The position numbers and the translations under genes were made by a program. Under the pieces are notes generated by a model. That model saw nothing but the letters and a program-made list of their open reading frames with translations, had not been told where the DNA came from and did not search any database. This document shows positions 1 to 12,757 of a DNA stretch of 64,000 nucleotides, piece by piece. The stretch lies in assembly GCA_002189035.1 (NCBI GenBank), contig CM007989.1:8122001-8186000 (forward strand). Reading direction: 5' to 3'. Each line of letters opens with the position of its first letter. The first letter of the stretch is position 1. This DNA is from Utricularia gibba (Eukaryota; Plantae; Magnoliophyta).

Positions 1-2630
1 CGAGTGAGAAGGAAAAGGCGAACCTTGTAAAGATGCAGTCTAAGCCTCATATCACTGAGCGATGCGGAGTCCTCTGCTTGGCTTCTTGTGGGGCCGTTAC
101 AAGATGAAATTGTGGAGCCTCCCTTAGGATCCTTCCCAGTAATGTCCAGTGAGGATAACAGCTGCAATGGTTCATCTTCAAGCTCTTCCTCCAGTAAACT
201 CCTGCTTAAAGAATTTTCTAACGAGCTAGAGGAAAGGACTTGTTCAGAATGCGGTGAATCAGGAATAGGTCCGGAGTTTGATACAGAAGCAGTATTCGAT
301 ATGAAATACGATTTCTGTGCGAACAAGGCATTATCTCCCTGATTTGAGAAATTAACGACACAAAACGCTTTCTCCATATAGTTCAGAACATCCTGAGACA
401 AAAAAAAAAAAAAAATCAAATAAATATATCATGACACCACAAATCTAACACATGGCAAAAATGAAATTCCCCAATGTCATCAACTTCTATTTAATTGTTT
501 GGACATGTAATGGCTAGGCATTTTTTCATCCGGGCAAAAGGCCACGATGAACAACTAATCATGCTACATGCTCGAAATAAACGTCATGTTGCACAATGAC
601 CCCTCACGTGACATAGAAAATTCCAACCTGAGACTCCTCTTCCTCCGAAGGGAACATAAATTAAAAATGTGAGACGAGAATTAGATTTCATTCATGTGAC
701 CAAATCTGTTTCAATAGATGCCAGTTGAAAATCAAAACCAACACCACAAGACTCGCAACTTACAGCACATCTCGATGCATTTTGGCAAATCAATGCGACA
801 TCCAGCAGCAAAAGGCATATCCGAAGTGCTGTCCCCTGCACCATGAGAATGTCAGGCAAGGGATACCCAAACTCAAGATTCACCACTTTTGATCAGAAAA
901 TTAACATGAAAATACCTCATCAATAGGTTCGATGTTCTGATACAATGCATCCAAAAATAAGAAGGATTTTGAATACTCATGAAGATGAAACCATGTAACA
1001 GCCTGCAAATGGAACCCATCCACACAGTGTAAGAACCATGACTCAAAGAGTAGGATAAAGAACCAGGGGTAAAAAATACATACAATGTTGAACATTATGG
1101 CAGTATCGATCCCATTGCTATAAATGGGCGATGGACAACAAATCTGATCTAAAACATTAGAATCCCCCTTGGTATTATCTATAGGCTTTTTCCCGTCGCT
1201 GTTACCAGCATCCACGTGCTCTCCATGTGTATGCACAAGCTCATCTGTCCTTTTCTGAAACACAATAACTTTATTATTAAATGATAAATCTGATGCATTG
1301 TCACTGAAAAGGTGAACAAAGTCAAAATATATGCATTCGCATCCATATACAATACTGAAACTTACATGAAACCAAAGAGAGATGTGGATAAATTCGTTAG
1401 AAAAGATGTTCACTAGAATTTATTGAAGCAAACATGAACAGATGACAGCATAGGTTCGCAACTCAGAAATACTGACTAACAATCCAAGGCCACTCAATTT
1501 TATGGGAGTCTTTCATATCTTCTGTTCAGCACACACATTGATCTAGGCTATGGTTAGTATTTAGCAATAATTCCAGCCATACGAGTACCATGAGCAACGA
1601 TAGCAATATGGTAAAAAGTGAGTGGGCAATGGATAACCCTAATGTATTGGAAGCATTTAAATGCACCTTGATCTTTTCGAGTGCTTCAATCAGCTTCTTT
1701 GGATTTGAACAGCCATCTTGAAAGCTTTCAGCTAGGACAATGTTATGATGCACCTGATGTTTATATACATAAAAAGGGATGCGTGCGGGTTAGACTAGCA
1801 TGAAATGCAATTTTCAATTTATGAATGACAGTAAAATTGCTCTAGACGGTAGAATCTACTATTATACATATACCCACATGTTGGGGTCAATGACGAAAAA
1901 GGACCTGATCCAAAAAGATGGGAATAAACAAACTACACAACTGCAAAATATCGGCAAAAATTTTCAAGAACTATCCAGGTCCTTATGCCAACTTAAGATT
2001 GGGCCAACAAAAAAAATCTGTCTTGCTTTTCAAGTTCTACACTCCAAAGGTAAATGTAAAATCCCTACAATCTTCCTTGTTAAATGTAAAACATTTAAGC
2101 ATAGCTGATCATTTGCAGAGCAGGATATTGATCATATAACCTAGTAAACGGATCATGAAAACAGAAAACTACCATAGATTCGATGTCCAACCCTTTAGAA
2201 GTAGAATATTAAAAAGAGGGGAAAAACGTAAGTAATTAAACATTGTTTCCTGGAACATAATCCAAGTCGAACGAAGGTCCCTCTTTTGCACATCCTAATA
2301 TTGCTTCATAATGGCTATACAATTCATGCAACCGAACAGCACCAGCGCAAAGAAAAACAGAAAATTTTCACCCAGTAAATACAGTCATACAGGTTAAATT
2401 CAAAAACACTGCAGGTCATCAATAATTACCTTTGGATCGTCTTCTTTCTGCTGTAATAATTGATTCAAAATTCTCAGAGAGTCCACGTGCTTTCCAGACT
2501 GAAAAAGTAAAGCCGCCTCTTTTGCCAACCCCGCGGAAACGGACAAAGAACCATCATCCTCCGTCGTCGCAGCAACCACTACCGACCCATCCTTGGAAGC
2601 AACTGACAATGCCGAAGACGGTGAATCCAT
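1..2630 (-). CDS. CNOT10: CCR4-NOT complex subunit 10 (CNOT10), 5' part; gene runs off the left edge
   Basis: Spliced exons read MDSPSS...LAKEAALLFQSGK...DDPK | VHHNIVLAESFQDGCSNPKKL | ...AVTWFHLHEYSKS...IEPIDE | GTALRICLLLLDVAL | DVLNYMEKAF...LRLHLYKVRLFLLTR. This matches recalled plant CNOT10; GT-AG junctions seen (e.g. 2430 donor, 1754 acceptor). Confidence 0.9.
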
Positions 2631-3216
2631 TATAGTCCAGATCCTCTATCTAGAAAAGAACCCCCCTTAGCACCGCGGAACGACCCTCAGCAACTAAAAA
2701 CTTCAAAACTCTCAAACAAATCTCCAGTGCCTTGAATTGAAGCTCACATGCCCATCACCGCACGTGAAGCATTTCTGGAAACCTAAATACGGAAGCAGAG
2801 AAAGAAGAGGAGGACTAGTATCAGTTCAATTGCACTGAAGCGTAGTTCAATTCCAATCCATACCGCCGATTCTGAGAGACGGAGATTAGACAGACTAGGA
2901 AATGGGGGAAAACGTAGATGTAGCAACCCGGTTTTGCACTCGGGGCTATCTACATGTTCTTGAACCGGAAACCGCGAGTCGAACCGCCACCAATCGACCG
3001 TCAACCCATCCACTATTTCGAATTAAAATACATATTTTTTATTTGATATATGCTTAATATTATTAGATTTACAAAAAAATTACAATACTTTCTTTAATGA
3101 ATTTAATAATTTCTTAAAATAAATTAAAATACACATACCCCCAATTTATAGAAGAGGGTATTTAATGGTTATATTTGTATTTATAACCTAATGTGTTGCT
3201 ATGAGCCTTGAGATTC

Positions 3217-6118
3217 TCATAACCGGATCTCCACACCGTGGAATCTCTCATCTTCACGGGGCATCTCCGCGAGGTTCAGCGTCACCAAACCAGAAGCTGC
3301 ATCGTACTGAAAGTCCACCGCTTTGCCTCCCAACGTGCACTTTCTCGGTTTAAGAGATGAGTAAGCACCGAGGAGGCCGCACCCCTTCACTTGCAGGGAT
3401 ACGACTGCCGCACCCTCTTCTTCATTCTTGGCGTCGTACCGAAGGTCTTCGATGGCGCCGCCGGCGTTGTACATCTGGATGAGGCCGAAGGGGGCGAAGC
3501 TGCAGCCTGGTGCTAGTTGCTTGATCGGAGTGACGGTGAAAAACTCGTGCTCCAACACCTTCAGGGAGATGGGGAGGACGGCGCTGTCTGGGAGAGTGAT
3601 GACCTCGCCGCTTCTGTGGGAGTAGAGGGCGACACTGAGGTCCCAGTTGGAGTCGGGAGCAGCGTCTCCGATGAGATGCACATCACGGCCTCTGATGTGG
3701 CCTGTAAGTGCCCCGGAGTTGGTTTCGTGGAAGGTGTTCTTCCTCTCGATGCTGTTCCATGCCGCCCCTTGGCAATTGTACACTGCTAGAGCCCCTGTGT
3801 GCTTGTTCATGTTCCATATCTTCAGCAAACTAGAGAGCAGTATATACAGTTAGCATCATCTTGCATTCACGCATCACTTGGAAGGAAAAGTGCTCACCTG
3901 ACACCATCTCTGGCTGGATCAGAGAAGAGGCAATCCGCGGTGGGTCTGCCGGGAAGACGGGCCCGGAGGATGGAACCATCGGGGAGAACAAGCTTCCTCA
4001 ACAGATCAAAGTTGTGTTTTCCAGGTGCGTCACTGTTGCACAGAATGCAGTAATCATCAGAGTAGCTATGATATCATACAACGCTCATGGTGTTAAGAGG
4101 AAGGATTTCTTGCCTAACGTAAACAGGGCCACCACTGATAGCTCGAGCAGAGGCATGGTACTCTGCTGCAGGATGGAGAGAATGGAACATATCCCAGTCT
4201 GGCAACATCACTTCCCCAAGGAAAATGCTGTTGTATGAAACGGAAGCGATGTGGATTGTGTGCGACATGGGGTCTCTCGGATAAAAATCATCAGATGCCC
4301 TTACAATCCCAGTTTGTTTTGAGCTGTTTCAATCAATACCCATATAAGCAAATCCGGACTATAGCTGTGAGAAGCAGGACACAAGTAACCAAGACTTACC
4401 AGTAGAGGGACTCAAGGTTATGGCTCATGCAAGCGATGCAACCATTATCAGGGAAGTTTCTAGCAACAGAGGCATCAAGGGCCTGGTGATACTGTCTTGT
4501 TAAAGTTACTCCGCCACCAAGGCCAGCTCCAAGAGTTTCCAATATGCACTGTACATCAACCTTCACACCATCAATACCTGCAGAAGCCAAGTAGCTGTGC
4601 AACTCATTGTAGAACTTGTAGGCATTTTTGGGGTTCACTAGCCCCAATCCTTGAATGGCTAGAGCATCGGTTTTCCACCCTGGTTCATTTGCCATCACCC
4701 TTTTGGAATCTGAGGATACTGCATAGCGGATCCATAATCCTCCATCTCCTTCACACCTGGCCTTACTCCACCCCAGTAACCAGTTATCGCGTGCCACACG
4801 TAAACATACTTCAATCCATACTTCTCCTTAGCAATGCTTGCAATGTTCTTGATTCCTAGAGAAGGGTCTTCTTTCTTTTGAAATTTGGAATTCTCCTTGA
4901 TCCCCGTCAGCCTCAATAAGCCTGGCTGATCAACATCTCCATTTAAGAGCTTTTTATCTAGTGACTTTTCATCCGATCCCACTGATTGCCAGCCATCGTC
5001 GATGATGGCAAACTTGGGTGGCGTTCTTGCTGCGTTAAGGCTCTCGAGACCAGCTTCCACTCCTTCTTGAGACACCTCTTGGTAGAAAGCATCCCATGTG
5101 CACCACCCGAAGTAATCAACAATCCCTGGAAGTTTCTTATCGCTCCTCAGCCTGAACGTCCCGAGATGCAATTTCACGGCCTTCATCGCCTCATGAATCG
5201 TGGAGTAAGGATCTGTTCCAGCGCTGATATACACGGAGTGCGTGAAAGAGGACGCCTTTACATTAGCGTCTCCACTTTGGAGGCACAATTCGAGCTCATC
5301 CCTGTCGTTTCCTTGTAGACAAGCCTTGAAAGGCCCTTCGATCAGAGGCAAAAACACTGTGTAAACAGTTTTGTTATCCTCTTCATCAGCGCCGGTTTCC
5401 AAATCAGATCCCTGTCTCGATTCCACGAGCAGAAACTGTGTTTCGAATGGGATGTCTCGTCCCTTAGTCCCCATTTTCTGAGCCATCCACCATAACTTAA
5501 ACCTGAAACAAGCTAAAAATCTCACATTCCTGAGATGTCCCAGAGGAACGACGTGACTGTTGCTGTCTTGGTCAAAAATTGCACCCAGAAAGACCCTTCA
5601 ACAGGACCCTCCGCTGCGCCGGAAGCCGCGATCACATTATCAGGAACATGAGTGAGTACTGTATTGCCTTTCACCACAAGCTTCTTCTCCGCGATCCGAA
5701 CCGCAGGCGTGATTGTCATTGGTCGTTGTTTCCAAAAATCGGGCCTAACTTCACTTCTCTGCAAAATCCAGTACAAAAAACATAAAACCCATTTCCCAAT
5801 ACCTCAAAACCAATAAAAAGCCGCCATTTATTGAAGACAAACCTAGAACAAACCTTCCCTCAAAATCAGTAAAACAACCCAAGCGTCCCACCATCATCGG
5901 GCGAAGCCCAGAACATAACTTTCTCAGAAAAGACTCCCCGAATTGATGAATCAAGAAACAAACAACAAAAGACGTACCTTGTAAGCGAAAACGCGTTTAG
6001 TTGAAGAAAACGAGAGATTTCTGTTATCCAATAAGGAACGTAAACGAAAGGATGGTCCTGTGTAACCTCCCAGAATCCGAGAATTTATAGGTGGGAGAGA
6101 GCGCGATAAAACCACCAT
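3217..6118 (-). CDS. RFS6: GH36 alkaline alpha-galactosidase / raffinose synthase family, RFS6/DIN10-like; core ATG at 5719, possible extended ATG at 6118; two 1-nt gaps at 4698-4700 and 5594-5596
   Basis: [14 protein letters not shown] start, [59 protein letters not shown] and [13 protein letters not shown] are hallmark SIP/RS motifs. Introns at about 4326-4400 and 4033-4113. Confidence 0.93.
6083..6089 (-). promoter_or_regulatory. TATA box (TATAAAT) for the putative short RFS6 transcript, lying inside the extended coding exon
   Basis: Minus strand reads CCTATAAATTC, about 105 nt upstream of the donor at 5977. No ATG occurs between it and the core ATG at 5719 in the spliced message. Confidence 0.55.
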
Positions 6119-6897
6119 TGTTGGTACAAAGTCAGGAGCTGTGCTCTCCCTCTTACAGCTCCAGTCTCATTACGGAAGCCGCATCAACCCAAGATAGCGC
6201 TGGCACGTCGGATCCACGCCATGAACGCCACCCACCTCATTCCCCCCCATTTGTGAGGTTAGCGAGCCTTTATCATGCGTAAGAGAGACTCTTCCCTCGT
6301 CATCCATGCTGACATTGAAAATTAAACGTTCAAAACGTTTGATTATCCAGAATCACTTTTGTGATTTCTTTCTTTAAAAAAATTCTAAATTTTAATAGCA
6401 AAACTTTTATTTTATTGGAATCATTTCTATTTTGGAAAATTGCACCCACCTTTGCTAATAATAATAATAATAATAATGTGTTCCAGTGATTTGACCAATT
6501 TTTTAAATGTGTCTATGTATCCACCTACTATCCGTATTTACTGCTTTTTATTGGTGCACCACCCGTCATCTTGGAGCAGAGGGTATTTTTGTCATTTTGC
6601 CAGCTGACGTGTTTCCACGTCGATGCAGCCTTTTTTGCATCCTCCCGGACTCCCGTGTCCGATTTGTCGACTTGAAGAAACGTGTCCAATTTATCGACAC
6701 GCCTCCTACCTACCTAGAACCCCAACACTTTTCATGGATATTAACCTTTTCCAGCAACTACGAGAAGGAAGTCCAGCCCATCTAGGAAGAGAGCGAGCAG
6801 AATGCCCCACCCAATGTGCCCTGCTACTCACCACGTCTCCCTCACCGGGATACAAATCTTGCCATTAAACACATACACACACACACTGCATTGTCAC

Positions 6898-9030
6898 TTA
6901 AATCGGATTTTCCATCTTCAGAACCGGGGATGCTGACGGCTCCGCCTTCTTCTCCGCGTTGAGCAGCCAGTCCTTGGCACACACGAGCGCCTCCACCGTC
7001 TCCGGCCGCAACGAGCACCTGTAGCTGTCCATTTCCTTGCGCACGGTGTCGAACACGGACTCGGGAGGGACGGAGCACACCGGAATCGACAGGATGTCTC
7101 GCGCCATTTTCGACAGAGTTGGGTACTTGGTCTTGTTCAACTTCCACCACCCTATCACGTCGAAGTTAGGCACACGGGGCAGGAGGGATTCCTCCAGGTA
7201 CTGGTCTAACTCCGACCTTGCAAGTTGGCTTGTGGTTTCCATGATGTACACTTCGAAATCCTGGAGCCCGCCGCCGTTGCTCTTGGCCCCCGTTGTTGGG
7301 TCCTCCGACCTGATGGAAGAATCCTCGCCAGTTGCTTCATCGGCATAGGCAGGAGTAAGGGGCAGAGGCAACGCCACATATTCCAGGAAGAGTTCGTGGA
7401 TTCCTTCGTCGACCACCTTCACGTAGGAGGTGGCTTCTTCACCGTAGATCTTTGAGAAACTGAACTCCACCAGCTTCATCTTGAACCGGGGATCCATGAC
7501 AACAGCGATAGCCAGTATGAAACAGCAGCTCTTGAAGTACGCATCGAATTTCTCCTGCATGAACTTCGCCAGGTTGCTTGTGAAAGCATCCTCGCTACCT
7601 GTGGCACGTCCCAACTCCAACTGAAACTTCCATACTTCGTGGAAGAATGTGTTGGTAGTCGGAACTTCTGATGTTGCCAACAGATTGGCCATGCCGAAGA
7701 GGGGCGCCAGAAAGGTCTTTGCCAGGGTTTCTACTTGCTTCCACTCCTCCTCGGTCAGGGCATCATTGTAATCTGGATCCTTGGTGTCAAGGCAGGAGAA
7801 CACTTGCTTTAGCTCTGAAGCAGCCAGCAACATTTCATAGGTTGTGTTCCAATGAGCGCTGTCATCGATAGCAAGATTCCTCGAGCTCGGTACTTGTAGC
7901 TGCTGTTTCAGCTCAGTGAACTTCTCCTCACGAGACTCCGAGGTTTTGACGTACTTGACGCTGTCTCTAACCTTCTTGACAATACCCTGAACCGATGCTA
8001 AGGATTCTTCAACCATGCTGCTGGTGGAACGGGCCAAACAATTTCCAAGCAACAACTGGCCACCAAGAACCATGGGGTTCTTGACTGATAGCAGTGCTCT
8101 CAGATTGTCGATGGATGCATCAGCCAGAGGCTGATTAATAGTGACTGAGAACAGCTTACCATCCATATTCCAGTCTGATAAACAAGCAGCAACCGAATGG
8201 CTGAAAGCAGTATCGGATTCTGGATGAGGCTCCATAATCACATTAAGAAGTTTGCGATGTAGATTCCATTCATTGTCAATGAACTGCCCTGTGACGAACA
8301 TGTACCCATTAGTTTGAGATGAAGACCACAAATCTAATGTGAGACAGATTCGCCCAGGAACACCCTCCATAACCTTCTGAATGCTCTGCTTCTCTCTCAA
8401 GTAAGTTGCAACACAGTCTCCCTGTACAGTATTGAAGCTCACCATATCAAACCGAGGCTGTAAACTCTGAGTAAACTCCACAAATGCAGGATGCTCAACA
8501 ATGTGAAGAGGATAATCGTGCATGATAATCATCTTAGCAATCTTGTGTCTGCTGCTATCGGCATCAAAGGAGAGGAACGGCACAGGAGGTGTACGGAACC
8601 GCTTCTTTGGCACAGTCGCAAGAATACCAATCTTCGAAGGTGCACTATATGTACTCATTTGGTATTTCTCCTGATTACGTTGGACAACGGGACATGTGCC
8701 CTTGGCAATATGCCGTTTCAGATGGCTGGTACCAGCAACTTTAGACCCAGTGCTGTAAGCAAACGACTGCTTGCATTGCTTGCAACAGGCCTTCCGAATT
8801 CCAGGGGCAACATTTTCAATGGTAAAATGCTCCCAAACTACAGACTTCTTCTTCCTACGCTTTGTGGGAACTTCGTTTTCCATACCAATCGGTGTTGCTG
8901 TCTCCAGCGGGATGGGTTCTTCCATGGGCACGATGTCAAGTTGCATATCCCCATCCTTAAAATCTGCCTCCTCCATGGAAACCACGAGCTCAGTACCAAC
9001 AGCAGATTCAGGGTTTTCCATCTCCATCAT
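6898..9030 (-). CDS. DAYSLEEPER: DAYSLEEPER/SLEEPER-type domesticated hAT transposase (BED zinc finger, hAT dimerisation domain)
   Basis: Intact intronless 710-aa ORF with KRRKKK NLS, BED finger (VWEHF...CKQC...HLKRH), HDYPLHIVEHP, CLTLDLWSS and C-terminal ELDQYL...WWK...YPTLSKMARDILSIP. No TIRs or TSD seen; the GC-rich leader near 10 kb suggests a 5'UTR intron. Confidence 0.92.
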   Translation of the reverse strand: MMEMENPESAVGTELVVSMEEADFKDGDMQLDIVPMEEPIPLETATPIGMENEVPTKRRKKKSVVWEHFTIENVAPGIRKACCKQCKQSFAYSTGSKVAGTSHLKRHIAKGTCPVVQRNQEKYQMSTYSAPSKIGILATVPKKRFRTPPVPFLSFDADSSRHKIAKMIIMHDYPLHIVEHPAFVEFTQSLQPRFDMVSFNTVQGDCVATYLREKQSIQKVMEGVPGRICLTLDLWSSSQTNGYMFVTGQFIDNEWNLHRKLLNVIMEPHPESDTAFSHSVAACLSDWNMDGKLFSVTINQPLADASIDNLRALLSVKNPMVLGGQLLLGNCLARSTSSMVEESLASVQGIVKKVRDSVKYVKTSESREEKFTELKQQLQVPSSRNLAIDDSAHWNTTYEMLLAASELKQVFSCLDTKDPDYNDALTEEEWKQVETLAKTFLAPLFGMANLLATSEVPTTNTFFHEVWKFQLELGRATGSEDAFTSNLAKFMQEKFDAYFKSCCFILAIAVVMDPRFKMKLVEFSFSKIYGEEATSYVKVVDEGIHELFLEYVALPLPLTPAYADEATGEDSSIRSEDPTTGAKSNGGGLQDFEVYIMETTSQLARSELDQYLEESLLPRVPNFDVIGWWKLNKTKYPTLSKMARDILSIPVCSVPPESVFDTVRKEMDSYRCSLRPETVEALVCAKDWLLNAEKKAEPSASPVLKMENPI

Positions 9031-12000
9031 GACAAACTACTAAAAATTTCTCTGCAAAACACAAACGCCCTGGGTTTAAAAAACATCCTGACTGATGATA
9101 ACCGGGAAAAACGAAAGAGTAGAAAGACACGTCGCTTTTCATTCCAGGAATTAACAAGGCCTAAACCCACATAAACAACAACTCGGAAAACAATTTCCCA
9201 GAAACCTCAAAAGTCCTGACCACTGAGGATCTGGGTCAGAGGGCAAGGACCCTTCAACGGGCCAAACCCGGAAACTCGACGCGCAGTTTGCAGGAAGAGA
9301 TGCCCATACAATTCAGAGCTGTAACCTTTTAATCGTAAGGCAATTGGGCCAAGAAACAGAAGAACAAGAACTCAGGACCACCGAACGCCCACCGAAAAAT
9401 AAGGAGGTCAACGATCCACATCTAAGTATGATATTACAAAAGCAACCCACACCCAATTTTCCCCCGAATATTAATAAATATTAATTACTGGACCCAGTGG
9501 ACCAGCAACTACCAAAAACAAAAAATGAGTTAACAACTCTGCACCACGAAAAAAGGGGAAAACAGATCTATCTAAAAACATGGGCTGCAAGCAAGTAGAA
9601 ATTTTCCGAAAGCCCATATCGAAATCAACACCGCCCAGAAACTTGAACAGAAGAAAGAACATGTAACGAAGAAGCCTATTTAAACCGGCTAACTTGAAAA
9701 CAATGAAACGTGAACTTATACCGCCAATCCCACAGAAAAGATGTCTGGCCTTGAGAGGAAAAAATGCCCATCTGGAACTAAAGGAACCGAATTTTAATTT
9801 CACGCAACCGGACGACATAGCAAACATGAGATCCATCAAGCAAAACTCAGTAAAACAAGCAAATAGATCCATCGTAATTAGACCACTCCAATTTCACCAA
9901 GAAATACGCAGAACAAAAAGCCCTCGCCAAAAAAAGGACATCCACGAAAACGACCGCCCCCTGTAGAAACAAAAAATCTCCGGAACACAGCCAGAGAAAC
10001 CCTAACTCGCCATACCAGCGGAAGAAAAAACAGAGATCGGATCAGATCCCGACAAGCGCCACCGCGGGAGCAAGAAGTCCGGCGAATCTCCCCCGTTACA
10101 GATCTAGGTTTCCGATGAGGAAGACGAATTGGGCTTGGGATTGGACCTTGAATTAATTTTCCTTTTTCTTGTGTTGGTGGGTTTGAATTTGGTTGGCGAT
10201 AAGGGTTTATTTACTTCTGGTGTTGGGGCGGGCGGGTATCAAAATTTTGTAAAACCAAATTGGATATGGACTTTCAGGTCCGGTCCGGTCCATCCAAAAT
10301 CCACTGACTCGCGCGTGCCTTTTCATTTGGGCATCGACCAATCACCTAAATAGTCCACTAAAAATAATTAGGCGAAAAATATTTACTTAATTTCCGATTT
10401 TCTTTTTATAAAGAAATATATGGTCCATAACAATTTTAAAAATTAGTATCTGTTTAGTATACTTTCTTGATAATCATTTTTAGGAAAGTTATTTTGAAAA
10501 AAATAGAAGTTAAGAATTTTCAATTTCTACAAAAATGAGAAATAATTCCAATTTCAAAATTTTTTGAAGCAGAATTCATCAAATTTCATTATCCATGCTA
10601 TACTCATATAATATTATCTGCTTCAATCACTCAATTCACATAGTTTTACATTCTCTACTTTCGAATACAAAATTTCATACAAAATTAATAAAAAAATTTT
10701 ATTTAATAGATTTTATTTTTCATTTATAATCAATGTAATATACCATCATTATCACATGAGTCTTACATTCTCCATCTATTAGATACTAAGCATCCTTATT
10801 GAGTGTCCCTTATACTACCTTTGGTATAATAAAACTATTTTAAAATCATTTTTCAAAAAAACCGAATTTATTCCAAAAAGATATTTTATCATTATGTACA
10901 TTATTTTTTAATTTTTTTTGTTGTATTGTATTGGAAAAATTATGAATACTTTCTAAAGTTGACTTGTGGCAGCATATTTTGTATATAATTAATAAGATTT
11001 TGGTTCTAGTAAATGATGTCTCATAATCCAATTTTATTTAAAAAATAATAATGAATGAGATGACATTCTTTTAGGATAATATTTAATTTAGGTAAATACT
11101 ATTTTAATAATTTCACTTTTTCAATATTTTGTTACTCACCAGAAATTTAGATGTAAGGTATGAGATGAATGTGAAAATTAAGTCTTGTTAGTGCAATTCC
11201 AATAAAATATCTCTAAATAAGAGTTTTATTTTGTAATAATCACAATTTAGAGGGATAGATTTGCAAATTTAGTCACGGTCACTTTATCTCTCACATACTA
11301 AAACATAAAAGTTACCTTGAAAGTGATTACTTTTTCACACACTGCAAAAAAAAAGGTTAGATTTCTAAATTATTTCAGAAGGCAGTCCAAATTTGGTAAT
11401 AGATTGTTGCAAAAGGAGCATTTCAAAATTTCTGATTTTTTATGATATATGTATAACACAAAATTTTAATTTGTCTATTTTTTAAAGGGAAACATTACTA
11501 GGCACAATTTTACAATCTCGGATTGATTTCTTCTTTCTCTTTTATACACTAAGTAAAAAATTAAAATCGAAGTTATTTCTTTTTTTCACACATATATCAC
11601 ATGATATATTAAATTTCAAAGTCACGAGGTCCAATTGGGTAGCAAGCAAAGAAGTAAATATGGGCAAGTGGTGTCGCGCAATTGCCCCTCATTAACTTCT
11701 GGGAAGGGACCATTCTCATCCTCCCTGTCCTCCCAACGCCGCGCACCCATCACACCACATTCAAAGGCCTTCTCTCCACGCCACCCGATCCAGATTCTGG
11801 AACGCCAACCATATGCTGCACGGCTATAACTCTGCTGCAACTCCTTAACAGTCTGAACCACCGGCTAGTTCCAACTCAACCGGTTCTGTTCTGCAGTGTC
11901 CGGGTCACCCTCCTGCTGATCTGATCCCATGTTGTTCGATGGCTGCAACTTGATGAGAGTGTTGCTCGAGCTGGAAACTTTAAAATATGTTTCTGATGTG

Positions 12001-12749
12001 TTGTACTTTGGTATCCTCACTGCCTACTGCATATAGGTAGATTGTTTTGTCGATTCCTTTTGTCCCTACTGATCCAAAGTTTTACTTTTTGACAAACCAG
12101 CTGATCATCGCGATTGACCCTTCTTGCAATTAGTGACATGGGGGGCTTTTTCTGCATAAAAGGTTGGGTTTTGGGAGTTCAGAAGCACAGACAAGAGCTT
12201 GGAGTGAAATTTGAACAGGCACAGGTTGTAAGAGAGGGGCAGTGGAGCGGATAAGTGTGTGGTGAAGAAAGCGGGACAAAAGGGGGAGTGCTGGATGGGT
12301 CACCCTCTTCACATGTCTCCCATGTGGATCGGGTCGCACACTTCTCGTGCCTGAAAGCAAACTACTCCATGGTTTGTAATGGCGTGGCTGGTTTGACCCA
12401 CCAATCGCCGTTGGTCTAGAAATCAGTTCATCGACTGTAAGAATATTTCTCAGCATGCATTGCGTGTGTTTTGGAATCATATTACAGAACACTCGTTTAG
12501 TTGCAAGATCTTTTGTGTTTCTTGGTAATTGAGATCCAATCCGATCCAATTAGGAATGGTTTGGAGTCACCCAGATCGGCAGCCCGAACATTGACAGTGG
12601 ACCATGACCACACTGGTGGGGCACTGGTTGGAGCCGCACTGCAGAGGCTCGGGTTGGGGTAATAATGTCGTGGAAGATGAAATGGTAGTCCAGGTTTGGA
12701 ATAGGGCGATATTCCTCTCGGGATTGGTGGACAGGCTCTCCCCTTCTCC

Positions 12750-12757
12750 TATAAATA
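12750..12757 (+). promoter_or_regulatory. TATA box of MIR396a primary transcript
   Basis: CTATAAATAC about 190 nt upstream of the mature miRNA, followed by a pyrimidine-rich initiator-like region. Confidence 0.7.

Noticed and set aside
6898-9030. Active hAT transposon
   Set aside because: No TIRs or 8-bp TSD seen, catalytic motifs eroded, and host-gene-like leader.
8491-9174. 227-aa plus-strand ORF
   Set aside because: Antisense shadow of DAYSLEEPER with no recognisable motif. The same applies to 25214-25789, 42837-43412 and 45239-45868 opposite LRX, PERK1 and ASP.
9471-9872. 133-aa minus-strand ORF
   Set aside because: Phe/Leu-rich translation of U-rich sequence in the probable DAYSLEEPER 5'UTR intron.
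10400-11600. AT-rich spacer as a MITE or other mobile element
   Set aside because: No convincing terminal inverted repeats or target-site duplication found by eye.
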